DNA of 17,309 nucleotides from Pseudomonadota bacterium (GTDB lineage Bacteria; UBA10199; 2-02-FULL-44-16; JAAZCA01): NCBI GenBank assembly GCA_043798915.1, contig JAZDOG010000066.1, positions 1 to 17,309 of the forward strand, read 5' to 3'. Shown piece by piece: positions 15,684 to 17,309 of this stretch (position 1 is its first letter; each line of letters starts with the position of its first letter). The notes under the pieces were generated by a model. It saw only the letters and a program-made list of their open reading frames with translations, ran no database searches and was not told where the DNA came from. The position numbers and the translations under genes were made by a program.

Positions 15684-17309
15684 TCAGTTTGAAGGTTTGG
15701 GATTTCGAGCCAGCCAACGCTGCAGCAGGGATTCAAGAAGTTCCAAGAGGTGAACCGCATCCCTGGTGGCAAAGGAGAACTGCCGCACGGGCTCATCGGG
15801 CAAGGGATCGGCGTGTTCGATGCGCGCCGATTGGAACTTGTCTGGAGAACCGAGGAGGCGCACAACCTGAAGAAGTCTGTCATCCGCGGCGTGCTTCGGT
15901 CCGTCCGGTTTTTGAAGGCGTATGTGAATTTGCCTGGTAGCTCCACCAGAGAAGTTGAACAGGTTTTCAAAGACTGGGCTGCCATCAATGACGATGTCAA
16001 CAAGGGGAGGCTGGGCTTTGAAAAGTTCGAGGGCCTTTTTATCGGAAATGGTCAATTCTTCAGGGCGATCCAGCGCCTTGGAAACAGTTGCGATCTTGTT
16101 GCCGACCCAAGTGACAAAGGCAAAGGGGTATCTGAACGCCTTTTTAAAAGCGGGGCTATGATCTAAAATCTTTGCGACTTGAGCGGGTTTGCGGCCAGCG
16201 CAAAGAAGCAGGGTATTGCTTCGGTCGAGACCAAGCACCAGGGCCTCCGCGCCCGGTTCGATTCGGACATCAAGACGATATTCACCGGGAACGGAAGTTT
16301 CTTCCGTGACAGAATCCAAGAGCATCCCATCGAGATCGAGGGCAATTTTCTGTCCTTTAACTGAACGGCCCATTTTAAAGAGCAAGAGATTATATGGCGT
16401 CGGTTCGATGCCATATTCTTTCAATCTCGCCACACGTCCTCTTTCCCTGAAGATTGAGTAAATATGTTTCCATATCCTTGGCGGAGTTTCGGCCACAATA
16501 TCCCCGATGTCCACTCTGTTCCCTTTGACAACTACGCTCAAGTTGCGTCGGGCAAGCAATTCATCAAATGTCGCTTGATACTCAGGCGACAATCTGTACA
16601 ACTTCGTTTTCAGCCTGACAAACTCTTTGAAGGACAGCGAAAAACCGTCCTGCGGCGGTTGCCGGACGATGTTGTCGAGCCATTCCCAGGCACGGGCTGT
16701 TAAGTCGGCGTCGCGGGTTTCAGGGGGGAGCTCTGCCACAAGCCGGACGGCCTCCAGTTGCCGCGAGGGATCCGCGCTGTCGAGGAGGCTCGCTTCCACT
16801 TTCAATTCTGATTCATAGTCCACCGCCGTGGAAGCAGCGCGTGTTTGGCGATTCACCCACCAATTCCGGATGCCTTTCCACCAATCCACAACATTCCACC
16901 ACGCTGCAGACATCGCGTCATCGGCGGCATGGGGGGCGTCTCCGATCGTCGGTTGCGCCGAACCCTTGTCGCCTATGACTTCGCCCGCTGCCTGGTGAAT
17001 CGGGTCATCCACCCTGACATCGGGATGCGTGATGGAACCTGGCATCGAAAACGGATGGCCGGGAACGCCAGGCGCCTCGATCAGTTCTTCAATCCGTGGT
17101 GTTGCGGCAAACGCGGCTATGGCGGGAGCGATGAGCGACCAGCCCGATCCCGGCAAATTTGAAGCCGCGGCGACTGGCGGTGTTACGACACTGCTGACGG
17201 CAGGAGGCAATTCCCAGCTGGTGGGCCTTGAAGGCACCACGTCCACCTCGGGATATAGAATGGTCCAACCAGGAGTCGCCACATCCGTCTGCGGATATGG
17301 AGGAACCAC
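15684..17309 (-). CDS. Uncharacterised protein with a C-terminal HAD-superfamily-like domain; 5' end probably outside the window
   Basis: The frame is open to the window edge (at least 541 aa). A Pro/Ala-rich N-terminal part and helical middle precede HAD motif I KIALDLDGMLLD (DLDG at 16326-16337), motif II-like LLLCAGR and motif IV-like IVIDGSP. Confidence 0.72.
   Translation of the reverse strand: MVPPYPQTDVATPGWTILYPEVDVVPSRPTSWELPPAVSSVVTPPVAAASNLPGSGWSLIAPAIAAFAATPRIEELIEAPGVPGHPFSMPGSITHPDVRVDDPIHQAAGEVIGDKGSAQPTIGDAPHAADDAMSAAWWNVVDWWKGIRNWWVNRQTRAASTAVDYESELKVEASLLDSADPSRQLEAVRLVAELPPETRDADLTARAWEWLDNIVRQPPQDGFSLSFKEFVRLKTKLYRLSPEYQATFDELLARRNLSVVVKGNRVDIGDIVAETPPRIWKHIYSIFRERGRVARLKEYGIEPTPYNLLLFKMGRSVKGQKIALDLDGMLLDSVTEETSVPGEYRLDVRIEPGAEALVLGLDRSNTLLLCAGRKPAQVAKILDHSPAFKKAFRYPFAFVTWVGNKIATVSKALDRPEELTISDKKALELFKAQPPLVDIVIDGSPVFENLFNFSGGATRQIHIRLQKPDGPKHAADDRLLQVVRLLGSPDKFQSARIEHADPLPDEPVRQFSFATRDAVHLLELLESLLQRWLARNPKPSN

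Noticed and set aside
15750..16166. 138-aa + strand ORF downstream of Rhs as a candidate immunity gene
   Set aside because: It lies wholly antisense and in exact codon register with the HAD-like CDS, has a GTG start without a properly spaced SD, and shows no immunity-like features. Probably a shadow ORF. The 83-aa ORF at 15689-15940 is also antisense to that CDS and looks non-coding.
17307..17309. GTG start of the last CDS
   Set aside because: It coincides with the window edge, so the true start is probably upstream.

Overview
GC-rich bacterial DNA with eight supportable CDSs and no tRNA, rRNA, CRISPR array or integrase. The left half (1-9071) looks metabolic and envelope-related. It holds a partial membrane-fused spermidine-synthase-like gene (-) with a ~70-bp palindromic element inserted in frame, then a class I/II PLP aminotransferase, proline iminopeptidase, a divergent transketolase-like protein, a polytopic GT-C-like membrane protein (-) and a secreted YcbK/peptidase M15-type protein. 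The right half (9072-17309) looks accessory. A consensus sigma-54 promoter with candidate activator sites precedes a 2141-aa Rhs/YD-repeat protein. This protein has a Sec-type signal peptide, Cys-rich inserts, two internal signal-peptide-like motifs, a DPxG...DPxGL cleavage motif and an unrecognised 224-aa C-terminal domain. No co-oriented immunity gene follows it; a partial HAD-motif protein converges on it instead. The Rhs locus and the in-frame palindromic element are the most interesting items. All calls come from reading motifs by eye; no database searches were run.
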